A stretch of DNA of 64,000 nt, from the NCBI RefSeq assembly GCF_006345805.1, contig NC_043010.1, positions 9,610,001 to 9,674,000 on the forward strand, given 5' to 3'. The translations under genes and the position numbers were made by a program. Positions 38,581-51,569 of the stretch are shown here, one piece after another (the first letter of the stretch is position 1; each line of letters begins with the position of its first letter). Source of the DNA: Octopus sinensis (taxonomy: Eukaryota). The notes beneath the pieces are model-generated. The model did not search any database, was not told where the DNA came from, and saw only the letters and a list, made by a program, of their open reading frames with translations.

Positions 38581-38972
38581 CTTAAAAGAAGAGCAAAACT
38601 TTGGCTGCTGAATAATTACTTCTAGCAAATACACACACACACACACACCACACACCACACACACAAACACACACACACACACACACATGCACACACACAC
38701 ACACTTGCGCACACACACACACACACACACACACACTTGTGCACACACACAAACACATGCACACACACACACTTGCACACACAAACACATGCACACACAC
38801 ACTTGCACCCACACACGCACACACACACACATGCACACACTTGCACACACACACATGCACACACACACATGCACACACTTGCACACACGCACACGCACAC
38901 ACACACACACATGCACACACACACACGCACACACTTGCACACACATGCACACATACAGAGAGATAGATAGAC

Positions 38973-39043
<71 letters not shown>

Positions 39044-39046
39044 AAA

Positions 39047-39083
<37 letters not shown>

Positions 39084-39130
39084 CAGATATGTATAGTCAA
39101 AAATAAATATATGTATATATATATGTGTGT

Positions 39131-40153
39131 GTGTATATTAAAGTTACACAAGGCCAGTTTATGGGATTATTTTAGGTTTCACATTCTTAAAGGGCTTGGC
39201 TTTATGGCATATCATCACCTCCCAAAACCTATTGGCTAAAGGTCTCGCTAGCGAGTGGCCTCTCTAGTATAAGGAGGAAGAAATGGCCCCAATACTCAAT
39301 GTCAACAAAGGGGATTGTGTCCCCTTGACTATCGATTGCCAATGTCAACAAAGGAGATTGTGTCCCTTTGGCTATCAGTTGCCAGTGGCCCTGTTATCCC
39401 ATGAGTTCCAATAGGCTAGCAGGAATTTCCTGAAATGTAAGCACGGTCTGAAGACCTCTGTTCTGGAGTTCAGGATGTTCCCTGGGTCAACTGAGTCCTT
39501 TAGAAACCTCGCCTATTCCATATGCATAATTTACAGTGGTTGGTCCCATTAATGTAAGGGCCTGGATTCTCTAGGATTCTCCTTGATAAGGTGTATGGAA
39601 TCCCATCATCTATTAGCTGCCATACATGGCTGGCTAATGATGTGACATATTTCCTTTCTGGTATCCTGAAGGAGGACCAGTTGTTAGAGAGGCATTGTTT
39701 GAATGAGCCCAGAACAGCCGATGTATCTCCATGGGCGGGTGTTGGCAGTGATATGTCTGTTGGTGTTGGCAGCAATTGGAAATTATGCATATCGGAATGG
39801 TCGAGGATCCTAAAGTACTCCCGATACCCAGGGAACATCCTGCACTCCAGAACGGAGGTCTTTGGACTGTGCTTACCTTTCAGGAAATTCCTGCTAGCCT
39901 ATTGGAACCCACAGGATAGCAGGGCCACTGGCAATGGATAGCCAAAGGGACACCTCCCATATTGTTGACACTGGTGATCGATAGCCAAGGGGAAACAAAC
40001 ATTGAGTAATGGGGTCGTTTCCTCCTCCATATTCTAGAGAGGCCTTTAGCCAACAGATTTTGGGATCTGATGATGCATCATAAAGCCAAGCCCTTTATGA
40101 ATGTGAAGCCTAAGTAATCCCATAAACCAGCTTTATCTAACTTTAATATACAC
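39131..40153. mobile_element. Penelope-like element with inverted ~400-bp termini, GIY-YIG C-terminal remnant and hammerheads in both arms
   Basis: Arms 39131-39532 and 39780-40153. Minus ORF KQCLSNNWSSFR...TSLASHVWQL...ILENPGPY...CKLC; plus arm CISE...LHSRTEVFGLCLPFRKFLL. Hammerheads at 40061-40122 (+) and 39162-39224 (-). Confidence 0.85.
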
Positions 40154-40204
40154 CACTGCTCTATAACTTAAAATGTGCTTTTTCTTTCAAATTTTTGTTT
40201 ATGG

Positions 40205-40238
<34 letters not shown>

Positions 40239-40749
40239 AATTGAGATGGGGGTTGTAAGTGCAACCCTCCATGGGATAACATATATCCAATATACTGCTA
40301 GTGAAGTACCCAACAAAGTAATACATAAATGTTAAGAATTGTGATGCAGCCATTATTAATAATAATAATAATAATATAATGATATTAGTAGCAATAGTGG
40401 CAATGGTAATAGTAATGATATTAATATTAATGGCATTTTGTAACTTAATATAATGAATTATTGACTTTGTATATCTGCATTTGAATATAGATATGTGTAT
40501 GTTTCTATATTGTAATATTCTAATATATTGTTGTGACTAACTGTAACCTTGAATATAGAACATATGTATGTATATTGCTGTATATTATTATTATTATATA
40601 TATGTATTATATATATATAGAGGAGTATGGATATATGCACTCATATGTATGTGTATATTCTATTATATATTATATATTATGGGTATGTACCCTCTATTGT
40701 ATGGTGTACCTCCTCTGATTTTCATATTTAATTTAGTTTGTTCTTCATA

Positions 40750-40876
40750 ATCTCTGAAGAGGCCTTGGGATATTTTTGTAAGTGTCTCATTTATAACTAC
40801 ATATTAACCTATCACACATGGCTAATATGAGCATAATGAGGCACCCATATCTGCATGGCTGAAACAGCTGTAAGAT
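40750..40876 (+). ncRNA. Type-I hammerhead motif with 92-nt stem-II loop
   Basis: ATCT-CTGAAGA-GGCC(92 nt)GGCT-GAAACAGCTGTA|AGAT; all conserved core positions are present. Confidence 0.65.
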
Positions 40877-41083
40877 GTAGTTTATATTTATATTTGTATT
40901 TATTTATATTCACTTATACATACTGTACTTATTGTATCATATTACTCTTTCATGTACATTGTTTTGTTCTATATTATTATGTCTGACCTTAATGTTCATA
41001 TGTAGTGGTTTAATAAATTATGTGATTGGGTATTATCTGGTAGTTGATCATTGATTAAGATGTGTTTCTCCATTTTCTTATTT

Positions 41084-41117
<34 letters not shown>

Positions 41118-41287
41118 ACACACACACACACACACATATATATTATACATATATATATATATATATAGATATGCATATATATATGCATATATATATGTTC
41201 ACGTATGTGGATATATATATATGTGTGTGTGTATGTGTGCATGTATATATATATATATATATATTTGTGTGTGTGTGTATGTATATA

Positions 41288-41905
41288 CAGGGTGTGTAAG
41301 ATATTTGAAAAAGATTTACGTTTATAAAAATAAAACAGATATATGATAACAGATAATAACTTTATTTATCAAAAAATGCTATGAGGATAAAAATAAACCT
41401 TCTTTTCTATAATGTTATTCAATAAAGTCACCTTCAGCTTCAACAACTGCTTCTATGTGAGATCTAAATCATCTACATGCTCGAATCAAGTGGTCCTGGT
41501 TCATTTGGGACATTACTTTGACTATGGCAGCTTTCAAAGAATCTTTGGTGTTATGGGCGTGTTCATTGACCTCTCTCTCAACAATGTTCCACATGTAATA
41601 GTCCAATGGATTGAGGGCTGGGGAATTAGGAAGCCAAATGTTAGGGGTTATGTGATCATGAAAATTTTCAGCCATCCATTCCTGTGTTACTAGAGCCATG
41701 TGTGATAGTGCAGAGTCTTACTGAAACACACAAGGCCTTCCATTGCATGCACTGTCTATTTAGGGCTTGACAATTATTTCCAGGACCTCAATGTAGGCGG
41801 CAGAGTTAACTCTAGGGCCTTGTGGAAAGAAGTAAAGAGACATCACATGTCCTTCATTGCTGACAAAAAATGCAGCAATGACCCAAAATAGGTATGTCCT
41901 CAAAT
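41288..41905 (-). mobile_element. maT (DD37D) transposon 3' remnant
   Basis: VSNEGHVM..FFPQGPRVNSAAYIEVLE and WMAENFHDHITPNIWLPNSPALNPLDYYMW; terminus TA|cagggtg. Confidence 0.9.
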
Positions 41906-42697
41906 ACCTTTCTGACCATGTATATGCGCGCGTGTGTGTGGTGTGTGTGTGTGGTGTGTGTGTGTATGTATGTATGTATGTATGTGTGCGTGCATATATG
42001 TGTATCTGTATATGGAGAGATGAACATACACATGTACACATGTACATAGAAACACGTGCATTTGTACGTATGTTTAGCGTGAGCGAAAAGTAGACACGCA
42101 CGAGCGCACACGCGCACACACGCGCACAACGCGCACGCACGAATGCACGCAAGCCAGAACGCGCGCGCACACACTAACACACACACGCACACACACACAC
42201 ACACTAACACACACACACACACAAATTTGTTTATATTAGCGCGAACTAGGAATGCCGCATATCAAAGAAGAGATATGTGTCCCAGTAATACACGTGGGTG
42301 AACAGAGAAGGAAAATAAGTTATCCTTTGTAGAAACTAAAACTAGGCCCTAACGCTTGTCCTGTCCCAGATCATACCCTGCTGCAAGCACCCAAGGGCCA
42401 GGTCTCATGATTCCTCAGCATCACGTTGAATAAATATCATTTGCTATATTCTTAACGACAGACACACAAACACAAAGATCTCAACAGCAAATATGAGTCA
42501 CGTTTATGAATTACAAGGGAGGCTACCTTCTCTATTTTCACTTCGTTTTAGACTATTTCTTAACAATAATAACGTTATTATCAATAAGCGTGACGGCGGG
42601 ACAATATAATTGTTATGTAAGAACCAATGAGTTGTTTCCCTTTCAACCATAATTATTACGTCACATTCCCATCTAATTATGCTTCTTTAATGAAGTT

Positions 42698-43117
42698 TAC
42701 TCTTTTACCTTTTTACTCTTTTACTTGTTTCAGTCATTTGACTGCGGCCATGCTGGAGCACCGCCTTTTTAGTCGAGCAAATCGACCCCAGGACTTGTTC
42801 TTTGTAAGCCTAGTACTTATTCTATCGGTCCTCTTTTTGCCGAACCGCTAAGTTACGGGGACGTTAACACACCAGCATCGGTTGTCAAGCGATGTTGGGG
42901 GGACAAACACAGACACAAACATATACACACATACACATATATATATTTACATATATACGACAGGCTTCTTTCAGTTTCTGTCAACCAAATCCACTCACAA
43001 GGCTTTGGTTGGTCTGAGACTATAGTAGAAAACACTTGCCCAAGGTGCCACGCAGTGGGACTGAACCTTGAATCATGTGGTAGGTAAGCAAGCTACTTAC
43101 CACACAGCCACTCCTGC
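42698..43117 (-). mobile_element. Full-length family-A SINE
   Basis: Reverse complement of the complete element. Confidence 0.9.
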
Positions 43118-43345
43118 TTAGCAATATTTCATCTATTTTTCATTTTCTAAGTTCAAATTCCATCTAAGCCAACTTTGCCTTTCAGCTTTTCAGGGTTTAT
43201 GCTATAAGAAGCAGTCAAATACTGGATATGATGCAATAAACTAGCCCTGCCTCCCAACATTTTGAGCTTTGTGCCTATGGTAAAAAGAATCCCTTGTAGT
43301 TTTCTTTCCTTCAAGTTTCATCATTCCAAGAAAGAAGGGTTTCAT

Positions 43346-43761
43346 AAGGCGGTGAGCTGGCAGAAACGTTAGCACACCGGGCAAAATGCGTAGCCGTATT
43401 TCGTCTGCCGCTACGTTCTGAGTTCAAATTCTGCCGAGGTCGACTTCGCCTTTCATCCTTTTGGGGTCGATAAATTAAGTTCCAGTTACGCACTGGGGTC
43501 GATGTAATCGACTTAATCCACTTGTCTGTCCTTGTTTGTCCCCTCTGTGTTTAGCCCCTTGTGGGTAGTAAAAAAATAGGTATTTCGTCTGTCACTACGT
43601 TGTGAGTTCAAATTCCACCGCGGTCGACTTTGCCTTTCATCCTTTCGGGGTCGATAAATTAAGTACCAGTTACACACTGGGGTCGATGTAATCGACTTCA
43701 TCCGCTTGTCTGTTCTTCTTTGTCCCCTCTGTGTTTAGCCCCTTGTGGGTAGTAAAGAAAT
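43346..43761 (+). mobile_element. Dimeric family-B SINE (full monomer + monomer starting at tatttcgtctg)
   Basis: Junction aaatagg|tatttcgtctg near 43581. Confidence 0.85.
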
Positions 43762-43771
43762 ATATATTTAA

Positions 43772-43991
43772 CCCTTTAGCATTCAGATTTCTTTGTGAAA
43801 TTTATTGCTTATTTATCCATACTGTTTTTGAATTAATCACATATTATTTTGCAGCTTCAAAATTTAAATGGTGTGGCTATATATTTTTAAATGACATTGT
43901 AGGGTAGGTGTGAGAGGTTAGATCCAGACAGTTTTAACATAAAACTGATAGATTATTTGGGCCGGATATGGCCGGATTAAATGCTAAAGGG
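43772..43991. mobile_element. piggyBac-like MITE
   Basis: TTAA|CCCTTTAGCATT...AATGCTAAAGGG|TTAA; partial homolog at 51120-51252. Confidence 0.88.
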
Positions 43992-44003
43992 TTAAGTTCT
44001 CAC

Positions 44004-44053
44004 CTCTAGCATAGCTGGAAGAAGCGTAGGCTTTGCAAGCCATCTTGATTTCT
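44004..44053 (-). CDS. Candidate 50-nt exon (EIKMACKAYASSSYAR in the chain frame)
   Basis: Acceptor ttgcatttttatatcag, donor gag|gtgaga. Confidence 0.33.
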
Positions 44054-44624
44054 CTGATATAAAAATGCAACACATCAGAGCAGACTGCAGGTCTGCATTG
44101 AGAAAACTTTTATAGTAAAGTTCCTAAATATCTATAAGTTCATAAATTAGAATGGGTTTGTATGCTATGATGGAAAGAAAAGAGAAAAACTGATGTTCCG
44201 TGACTAACCCTTTGTTTAAAAGGAAGAGAAAAATACCACTTTTACATTAGTCAAAGATAAAATGCTCACATGTAATGTGCTGTCTTTACAATCCAATGGA
44301 TTATAAATGCTCTCTTTTGCATACAGATAAGGACATAGAAGCACATACAGAAACACACAGAAGCGCACACACCACACAAACACACATGCATAAGCATGCA
44401 CGCCTATAAACATATGCACGCATGGTAATATTCGGTGGTCAATTCTATTTACCATATAAACCCCTGTCCTATAAAATGTTGGCCTTGTGACCTGTCAAGA
44501 GCAATCAGTTGATGTGTGATTGAGAAGTTCTGTGAGAGAGAGAGAGACCAACGCCAAGCGGTCATAGAACCATTATTTGAAATATGACAGGAGGAAATAA
44601 CATTGGCATTGTTAGGGCCTCTGC

Positions 44625-45300
44625 TGTTGCTGCTGCTACTGCTACTGATGTTGGTGTTGGTGGTGGTGGTGGTGGTGGTGGTGTTGGTGGTGTTGGTGGT
44701 GGTGGTGGTGGTAGTGGTGGTGGTGGTGGTGTTGGTGGTGTTGTTGGTGTTGGTGGTGGTGTTGGTGGTGGCGGTGGTGGTAGTGGTGGTGGTGGTGGTG
44801 CTGGTGGTAGTGGTGGTGCTGGGTGGTGGTGGTGCTGGTGGTGGTGGTAGTGATGGTGGTGGTGATGGTGGTGGTGCTGGTGGTGGTGGTGGTGGTGTAG
44901 TGATGGTGGTGGTGATGGTGGTGGTGATGGTGGTGGTTGTGGTGGTGGTAGTGATGGTGGTGGTGGGGTGGTGGTGGTTGTGGTTGTGGTAGTGATGGTG
45001 GTGGTGCTGGTGGTGGTGGTGGTAGTGGTGCTGGTGCTGGTGGTGGTGCTGGTGCTGGTGGTTGAAGTCATGGTGTTGGTGGTGGTGATGATGAAGATGA
45101 TGATGATGATGTATTGTTGATGTTGTTTCTGATGATGTTGTTTCTGATGATGATGTTGATGATGATGGTGGTGGTGGTGGTGATGTAAGTAGTAGTTATA
45201 GTAGTGCTGGTGGCGGTTGAGGTGGTGGCGGTCGAGGTGGTCGTGCTTGTGGTGGTGGCAGTTGAGGTGGTGGCGGTAGTAGTGGTGGTGTCTTGTTGGT
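44625..45300. repeat. (GGT/GAT/GCT)n compound microsatellite
   Basis: Direct inspection. Confidence 0.95.
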
Positions 45301-45588
45301 GATGCTATTGTCGTAGCTATTGGTAATTTGTTTAGCCCTCAACGTCACTCCTGATTAAGCAGGCCTATGATCAAATACATTCCAGCCATGACCATCCCTT
45401 TTTCACAGAAAATCTAACTAGAAAAATCAGCGCTGATATGATTCCGTCTCACTTGGTGTAGGGGAGGAGATTGTCTCCCTAGTCTGTTGTTAGAAAAGTG
45501 GTCTTATATAGTTAAGAGTCGTTTTCGCTCTTATTTCTAGCAATGCTGGTTCTCACTAACACCCTCCATCACTTCAGTGACGACTATA

Positions 45589-46103
45589 TCTATATATATA
45601 AAACTGTAGTTGTGTGAGTGTCTGTCTCCTACGATTTTGATTCCTAACTACTCCCACATTTTGCGGTGCAGTTTAACCAAAACCGGGTATCTTATAGTCG
45701 TGATTCATATCGAGCCCGTCTGGCTATTAGCGCGCGTCTACGATGAGTCTACGATTTAAAAAATAATTTAACATCATTTTTTATTCCATTTTAATGCATA
45801 AGTTTTCGTGTGTCGATGGCAGCGGAGTTGGCGTCCACGCTCACACCTGCACCTGTGTTTGCTTCTCCCCCTTCTTCCCTCCCTCATGAAGCTGTGGGGA
45901 AGAGAGTTTAAGGAAATCAACGTCGTAATGCGTTGTCAAGGAGACCAGCGTTCTTTTAGAACAACGACTTCATGGCTTGAAGACACCAAAACAGAAATGG
46001 CTAAGAAAGCCCGAATTGGCATCTATAAGGGAAGTAACTCTCTAAAAATGCTTATATAGTTATTTCCCTTACAAACTCGAGCAACGCCGGGCGATACTGC
46101 TAG
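45589..46103 (+). mobile_element. Non-autonomous Helitron with extra ~230-bp internal segment
   Basis: A|TC start, 3' hairpin, CTAG|T end; 45790-46020 is absent from the other two copies. Confidence 0.9.
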
Positions 46104-46305
46104 TAGTCAATAAAAAAGGGTAAAATTAATTAATTATTAATTAATAATTTTACCAAGTAGTGTTCAGTATGTAAAAAAGACCATTTACGGTATATTTAAA
46201 ACATTACGTTATATAATTAGGGTTCAGTAAAATAATTTACTTTACCACACACCGAACTTTTAGAAATAGCAGCCAAAAAAATTTTAGCTATTTCCTCTGT
46301 CTCTC

Positions 46306-46340
<35 letters not shown>

Positions 46341-46342
<2 letters not shown>

Positions 46343-46770
46343 CTCTTTTACTCTCTTTTACTTGTTTCAGTCATTTGACTGTGGCCATCCTGGAGCACCG
46401 CCTTTAGTCGAGCAAATCGACCCCAGGACTTATTCTTTGTAAGCCCAGTACTTATTCTATCGGTCTCTTTCGCCGAACCGCTAAGTGACGGGGACGTAAA
46501 CACACCAGCATCGGTTGTTAAGCAATGCTAGGGGGACAAACACAGACACACAAACACACACACACATACATATATATATATTTACATATATACGACAGGC
46601 TTCTTTCAGTTTCCGTCTACCAAATCCACTCACAAGGCATTGGTCAGCCCGGGGCTATAGCAGAAGACACTTGCCCAAGATGCCACACAGTGGGACTGAA
46701 CCCGGAACCATGTAGTTGGTTAGCAAGCTACTTACCACACAGCCACTCCTGCACCTAGCCACTCCTGCGC
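46341..46770 (-). mobile_element. Full-length family-A SINE
   Basis: Complete reverse-complement element. Confidence 0.9.
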
Positions 46771-46821
46771 ATATATACATAAACATATATATATAAATGC
46801 ATATATACATATTTACATATA

Positions 46822-46865
<44 letters not shown>

Positions 46866-47134
46866 GTACTCTCCTGTTGTTAGATGACGTGTGAAGGTTC
46901 AACAATTTTTATACCGAACAACCACACAAACTGACATACCTGTACAGGTACAACTGGGTACCACATGTCAGATGTCAAAACGATTGCAGAGTAACAAGAA
47001 ACGAAGTGCTTTGCTCAAGAGCACAACGCAACACCTGGTCTGGCAATCGAACCCACGATCTCGCAATCATGAGTGCAACACCCTAACCACTAAGCCATAT
47101 ATATAAAGAGAGAGAGAGAGAGAGAGATACTTAC

Positions 47135-47174
47135 AGTAACATTGTTAACATTTCAATTCCGTAGTAATTCTCAG
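47135..47174 (-). CDS. Candidate 40-nt exon (ENYYGIEMLTML)
   Basis: Acceptor gaaattttgatag, donor act|gtaagt; one open frame. Confidence 0.3.
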
Positions 47175-47344
47175 CTATCAAAATTTCAATAAGTCAAAGT
47201 CATTTTCATTGATTCAGATTTGAGAGTTTAGTAGCTAAGAACTGCTACAGAAATGAAATGGTAGCCTTGTCACTTATATTGATTTAGACTGTGGTAGCAT
47301 ATATCCTACGATTAGGGTGTTGACCTCACGGTAATAAGGTAGTA

Positions 47345-47761
47345 ATAAGGCGGCGAACTGGCAGAAACGTTAGCACGCCGGGCAAAATGCGTAGCGGCAT
47401 TTCGTCTGCGTTATGTTGTGAGTTCAAATTCCGCCGAGGTCGACTTTGCCTTTCATCCTTTCGGGGTCGATAAATTAAGTACCAGTTACACACTGGGGTC
47501 GATGTAATCGACTTAATACCTATGTCTGTCCTTGTTTGTCCCCTCTGTGTTTAGCCCCTTGTGGGTAATAAAGAAATAGTTATTTCGTCTGCGTTACGTT
47601 GTGAGTTCAAATTCCGCCGAAGTTGACTTTGCCTTTCATCCTTTCGGGCTCGATAAATTAAGTACCAGTTACGCACTGGGGTCGATGTAATCGACTTAAT
47701 ATCTATGTCTGTCCTTGTTTGTCCCCTCTGTGTTTAGCCCCTTGTGGGTAATAAAGAAATA
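47345..47761 (+). mobile_element. Dimeric family-B SINE inside a single 15-bp TSD
   Basis: TSD ggtaataaggtagta at 47330-47344 and 47762-47776; the second monomer starts tatttcgtctg at about 47581. Confidence 0.9.
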
Positions 47762-48150
47762 GGTAATAAGGTAGTAGATTCAATCAGTGCTGTCTTAAGT
47801 CAAGGACACACTGGGCTGTTACCCAGGGCTCTCACTGGTTCAGGGGCCCAATTTTAATCTATGCATGCTGTGGCTTACTATCAATAAATAAGTGCTCATA
47901 AGAGACCCAATGCAACAATTTTTTCGGGAGCTTATAATACTGCAAAAGCAGCCCTGGGTTCCATTTCTGAACAGAGTGTTGGACTGGTTGTATAATTGAA
48001 CTAAGTTCTTTATTTCACACCGTTTCCATCTGCTCAGCTGAAAAGAAGTACCAACTGAGTACTGGTGCAGTCCTAACTCTCTCCATCTGTCACAACCACA
48101 GTGTTCTGCTGGATAAAAGTACAATTAGCGAAAGCATGGTATTAAATACT

Positions 48151-48383
48151 TTGAACTCTGAACGTAACGGCAGACGAAATACCACGAAATGCTTAGTGAT
48201 ATTTCGTCTGCCGTTACGTTCAGAGTTCAAATTCCGCCAAGGTTGACTTTGCATTTCATCCTTTCGGGGTCGATTAAATAAGTACCAGTTACGCACTGGG
48301 GTCGATATAATCAGCTTAATCCATTTGTCTGTCCTTGTTTATCCCTCCTATGTTTAGCCCCCTGTGGGCAATAAAGAAATAGG
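48151..48383 (+). mobile_element. Family-B SINE with 31-bp 5' inversion
   Basis: 48151-48181 is the exact reverse complement of 48200-48230. Confidence 0.85.
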
Positions 48384-49363
48384 TATTAACTACTAAGTTA
48401 CACTCACTGCCTGATTCAGGAATTGAACCACAATATTTTGATCATGAGCTGAGCATTCTAACTGCTATGCCAAATGTCTTCACCCACACAGCTTCACCAA
48501 TTCACTGGTACACAATGAATAACACACCATCAACAACACAATCTACTATATTATGACTAACACACTAACACTTTGTGACCAACATATTAAAAGCATTATG
48601 ACCAGGAGTGACTGTGTGGTTAAGAAGTTTGTTTCACTACCACATGGTTCTGGGTTCAGTCCCACCACATGGCACCTTGGGAGAAGGTCTTCATTTATAG
48701 CCTCAGGCCAACCAAAGGCTTTTGAGTAAAATTGGTATTTGGAAACTGAAGGTAGCCAAATGTATTTATATAAATATGTTGTATGTGTGAGCATCCATGT
48801 GTATGTGTGTGTGTGTGTGTGTGAGAGTAGAAAACAAAAGTTAAAACCTAAAATATTTCATAAGGAATCCACTCTGCACAGTGGTTGGTGTAAGGAAGAG
48901 CATCCAGCCGTAAAAGCCTTGCCAAAACAGAGCGAACACTGGTTACAGTCTTCTGGCTTGCCAGCTCCTGTCAAACCATCCAACCCATGCCAGCATGGAA
49001 AACGGATGTTAAATGTTAAAGGTGATGATGATGATGATGATGATGATGACGACGATGACGACTAAAACATTATGTATTTCTTTATTACCCACAAGGGGCT
49101 AAACAGAGCGGACAAACAAGGACAGACAGAGGGATTAAGTTAATTACATCAACCCCAGTGCGTAACTGGTACTTAATTTATTGACCCCGAAAGGATGAAA
49201 GGCAAAGTCGACTAAAACATTATGACCAACACATTAAGATGAACACACAGTCACCATTGTACTAAGACAGTGTGACTAACACAACATCAATAATAAACCT
49301 ATTCACTATTACCAACTCACTACCATTAACACACGTCCACCGACAAACCAGCCCATGTATATA

Positions 49364-49769
49364 TTCTCTTTTACTCTTTTACTTGTTTCAGTCATTTGAC
49401 TGTGGCCATGCTGGAGCACCGCCTTTAGTCGATCAAATCGACCCCGGGACTTATTCTTTGTAAGCCCAGCACTTATTCTATCGGTCTCTTTTGCCGAACC
49501 GCTAAGTGACGGGGACGTAAACACACCAGCATCGGTTGTCAAGCAATGCTAGGGGGACAAACACAGACACACAAACACACACACACACATATATATATAC
49601 ATATATACGACAGGCTTCTTTCAGTTTCTGTCTACCAAATCCACTCACAAGGCATTGGTCGGCCCGGGGCTATAGCAGAAGACACTTGCCCAAGATGCTA
49701 CGCAGTGGGACTGAACCTGCAGCCATGTGGTTGGTTAGCAAGCTACTTACCACACAGCCACTCCTGCGC
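49364..49769 (-). mobile_element. Full-length family-A SINE
   Basis: Complete reverse-complement element. Confidence 0.9.
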
Positions 49770-49934
49770 TGTATGTATATATATAATATGAACATGCACT
49801 CATACATACACACACAACAGAACCATACGAACATATATCTTCACTGATAAATTCAATAGACATAACTGAAAAAAACTCACATTTAAGAAAAAAATACATT
49901 TTACACTTTGGTGTGAAATGGGGTTTTTTTTTAC

Positions 49935-50035
49935 CTGTCTCTAATACAAAACTAGCCAAATTTATCGGCACATCAACTCCAGGAATAACATAATTTCGAT
50001 GTGTTAAAATGAAGAATATAAAACCATGAGTACAT
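49935..50035 (-). CDS. Candidate 101-nt exon (CTHGFIFFILTHRNYVIPGVDVPINLASFVLET)
   Basis: Acceptor gttcattctttatcag, donor cag|gtaaaa; a single frame is open over 33 codons. No family recognised. Confidence 0.4.
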
Positions 50036-50152
50036 CTGATAAAGAATGAACATACAACTCTATCGATATCTAAAAGCATCAAGTTAAGTTATATAATTCT
50101 TTAGATTTAACTAGATAACGGATTTAGTGTACAGTTATTATTGTAGATGTAT

Positions 50153-50367
50153 TCTCTCTTTTACTCTCTTTTACTTGTTTCAGTCATTTGACTGCGGCCA
50201 TGCTGGAGCACCGCCTTTAGTCGAGCAACTCGACCCCGGGACTTATTTTTTGTAAGGCCCAGTACTTATTCTATCGGTCTCTTTTGCCGAACCGCTAAGT
50301 GACGGGGACATAAACACACCAGCATCGGTTGTCAAGCAATGATAGGGGGACAAACACAGACACACAA

Positions 50368-50400
<33 letters not shown>

Positions 50401-50903
50401 CATATATACGACGGGTTTCTTTCAGTTTCCGTCTACCAAATCCACTCACAAGACTTTGGTTGGCCCGAGGCTATAGTAGAAGACACTTGCCCAAGGTGCC
50501 ACGCAGTAGGACTGAACCCGGAACCATGTGGTTGGTAAGCAAGCTACTTACCACACAGCCACTCCTACATGTTATTTTGGTAAGAAATTTAGTTTTCAAC
50601 CACAAGGTTTGGGATTTGGTTCCACAGGAGGGCACATAGACCCAAGTCGACCAATGCCTTGAAACCTGATAGGGACACTGTATTTCAGTATGCAACCATG
50701 ATATTCTACCTCTTTTACTCTTTTACTCGTTTCAGTCATTTGACTGTGGCCAAATCGACCCCAGGACTTATTCTTTGTAAGCCTAGTACTTATTCAATCA
50801 GACTCTTTTTGCTGTACTGCTAAGTTACGGGGATGTAAACACACCAGCATCGGTTGTCAAGCAATGTTGGGGGTGACAAACACAGACACAAACATATACA
50901 CAT

Positions 50904-50938
<35 letters not shown>

Positions 50939-51110
50939 CATATATACGATGGGCTTCTTTCAGTTTCCGTCTACCAAATCCACTCACAAGGCTTTGGCCG
51001 GCCTGAGGCTATAGTAGAAGACACCTGCCCAAAGTGCCATGCAGTGGGACTGAACCCAGAACCATGTGGTTGGTAAGCAAGCTACTTACCACGCAGCCAC
51101 TCCTACGCCT
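50153..51110 (-). mobile_element. Two family-A SINEs (50153-50567, 50708-51110)
   Basis: Both show tail, internal microsatellite and head in reverse complement. Confidence 0.9.
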
Positions 51111-51569
51111 AACACCTATGAAATTTTGATGATGTAACTGTATATTTTAGAATGGCATTGTAGGGTTGGTGTGAGAGACCAGATCTGGTCTGTTAGAACA
51201 TAAAACAAGTAACGTATTTGGGCCGGATATGACTGGCTTAAATGCTAAAGGGTTAAATATCAAAGGATTAAGTCTCTTCCATCAGAACCAAAATGGTTCC
51301 TTTGGCAAGCTTCTATAAAAGTTTCTGTCTACCAAATTTTGCTCACAGTGCTTTGATTATCCTGAAGCAATGAAAGAAAACACTTGCACAAGGAGCTTAC
51401 AGTTGGATTGAACCCAAAACCTCAAAGCTGTAAGGAGAAGTTTTTGACCACATGGCTATCTCTTGGCTCTTTCGTGATACTAAATACAAAAACACAATTA
51501 CGCTTATATATATGTATATACATGCACATACATCATAACGGGAAGGTTTATAAAAATAAACAAAAGATG

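Noticed and set aside
47840-48124. 94-aa minus-strand ORF / 233-nt exon form
   Set aside because: Its phase does not fit the neighbouring candidate exons and the peptide is not recognisable; competing acceptors cannot be resolved.
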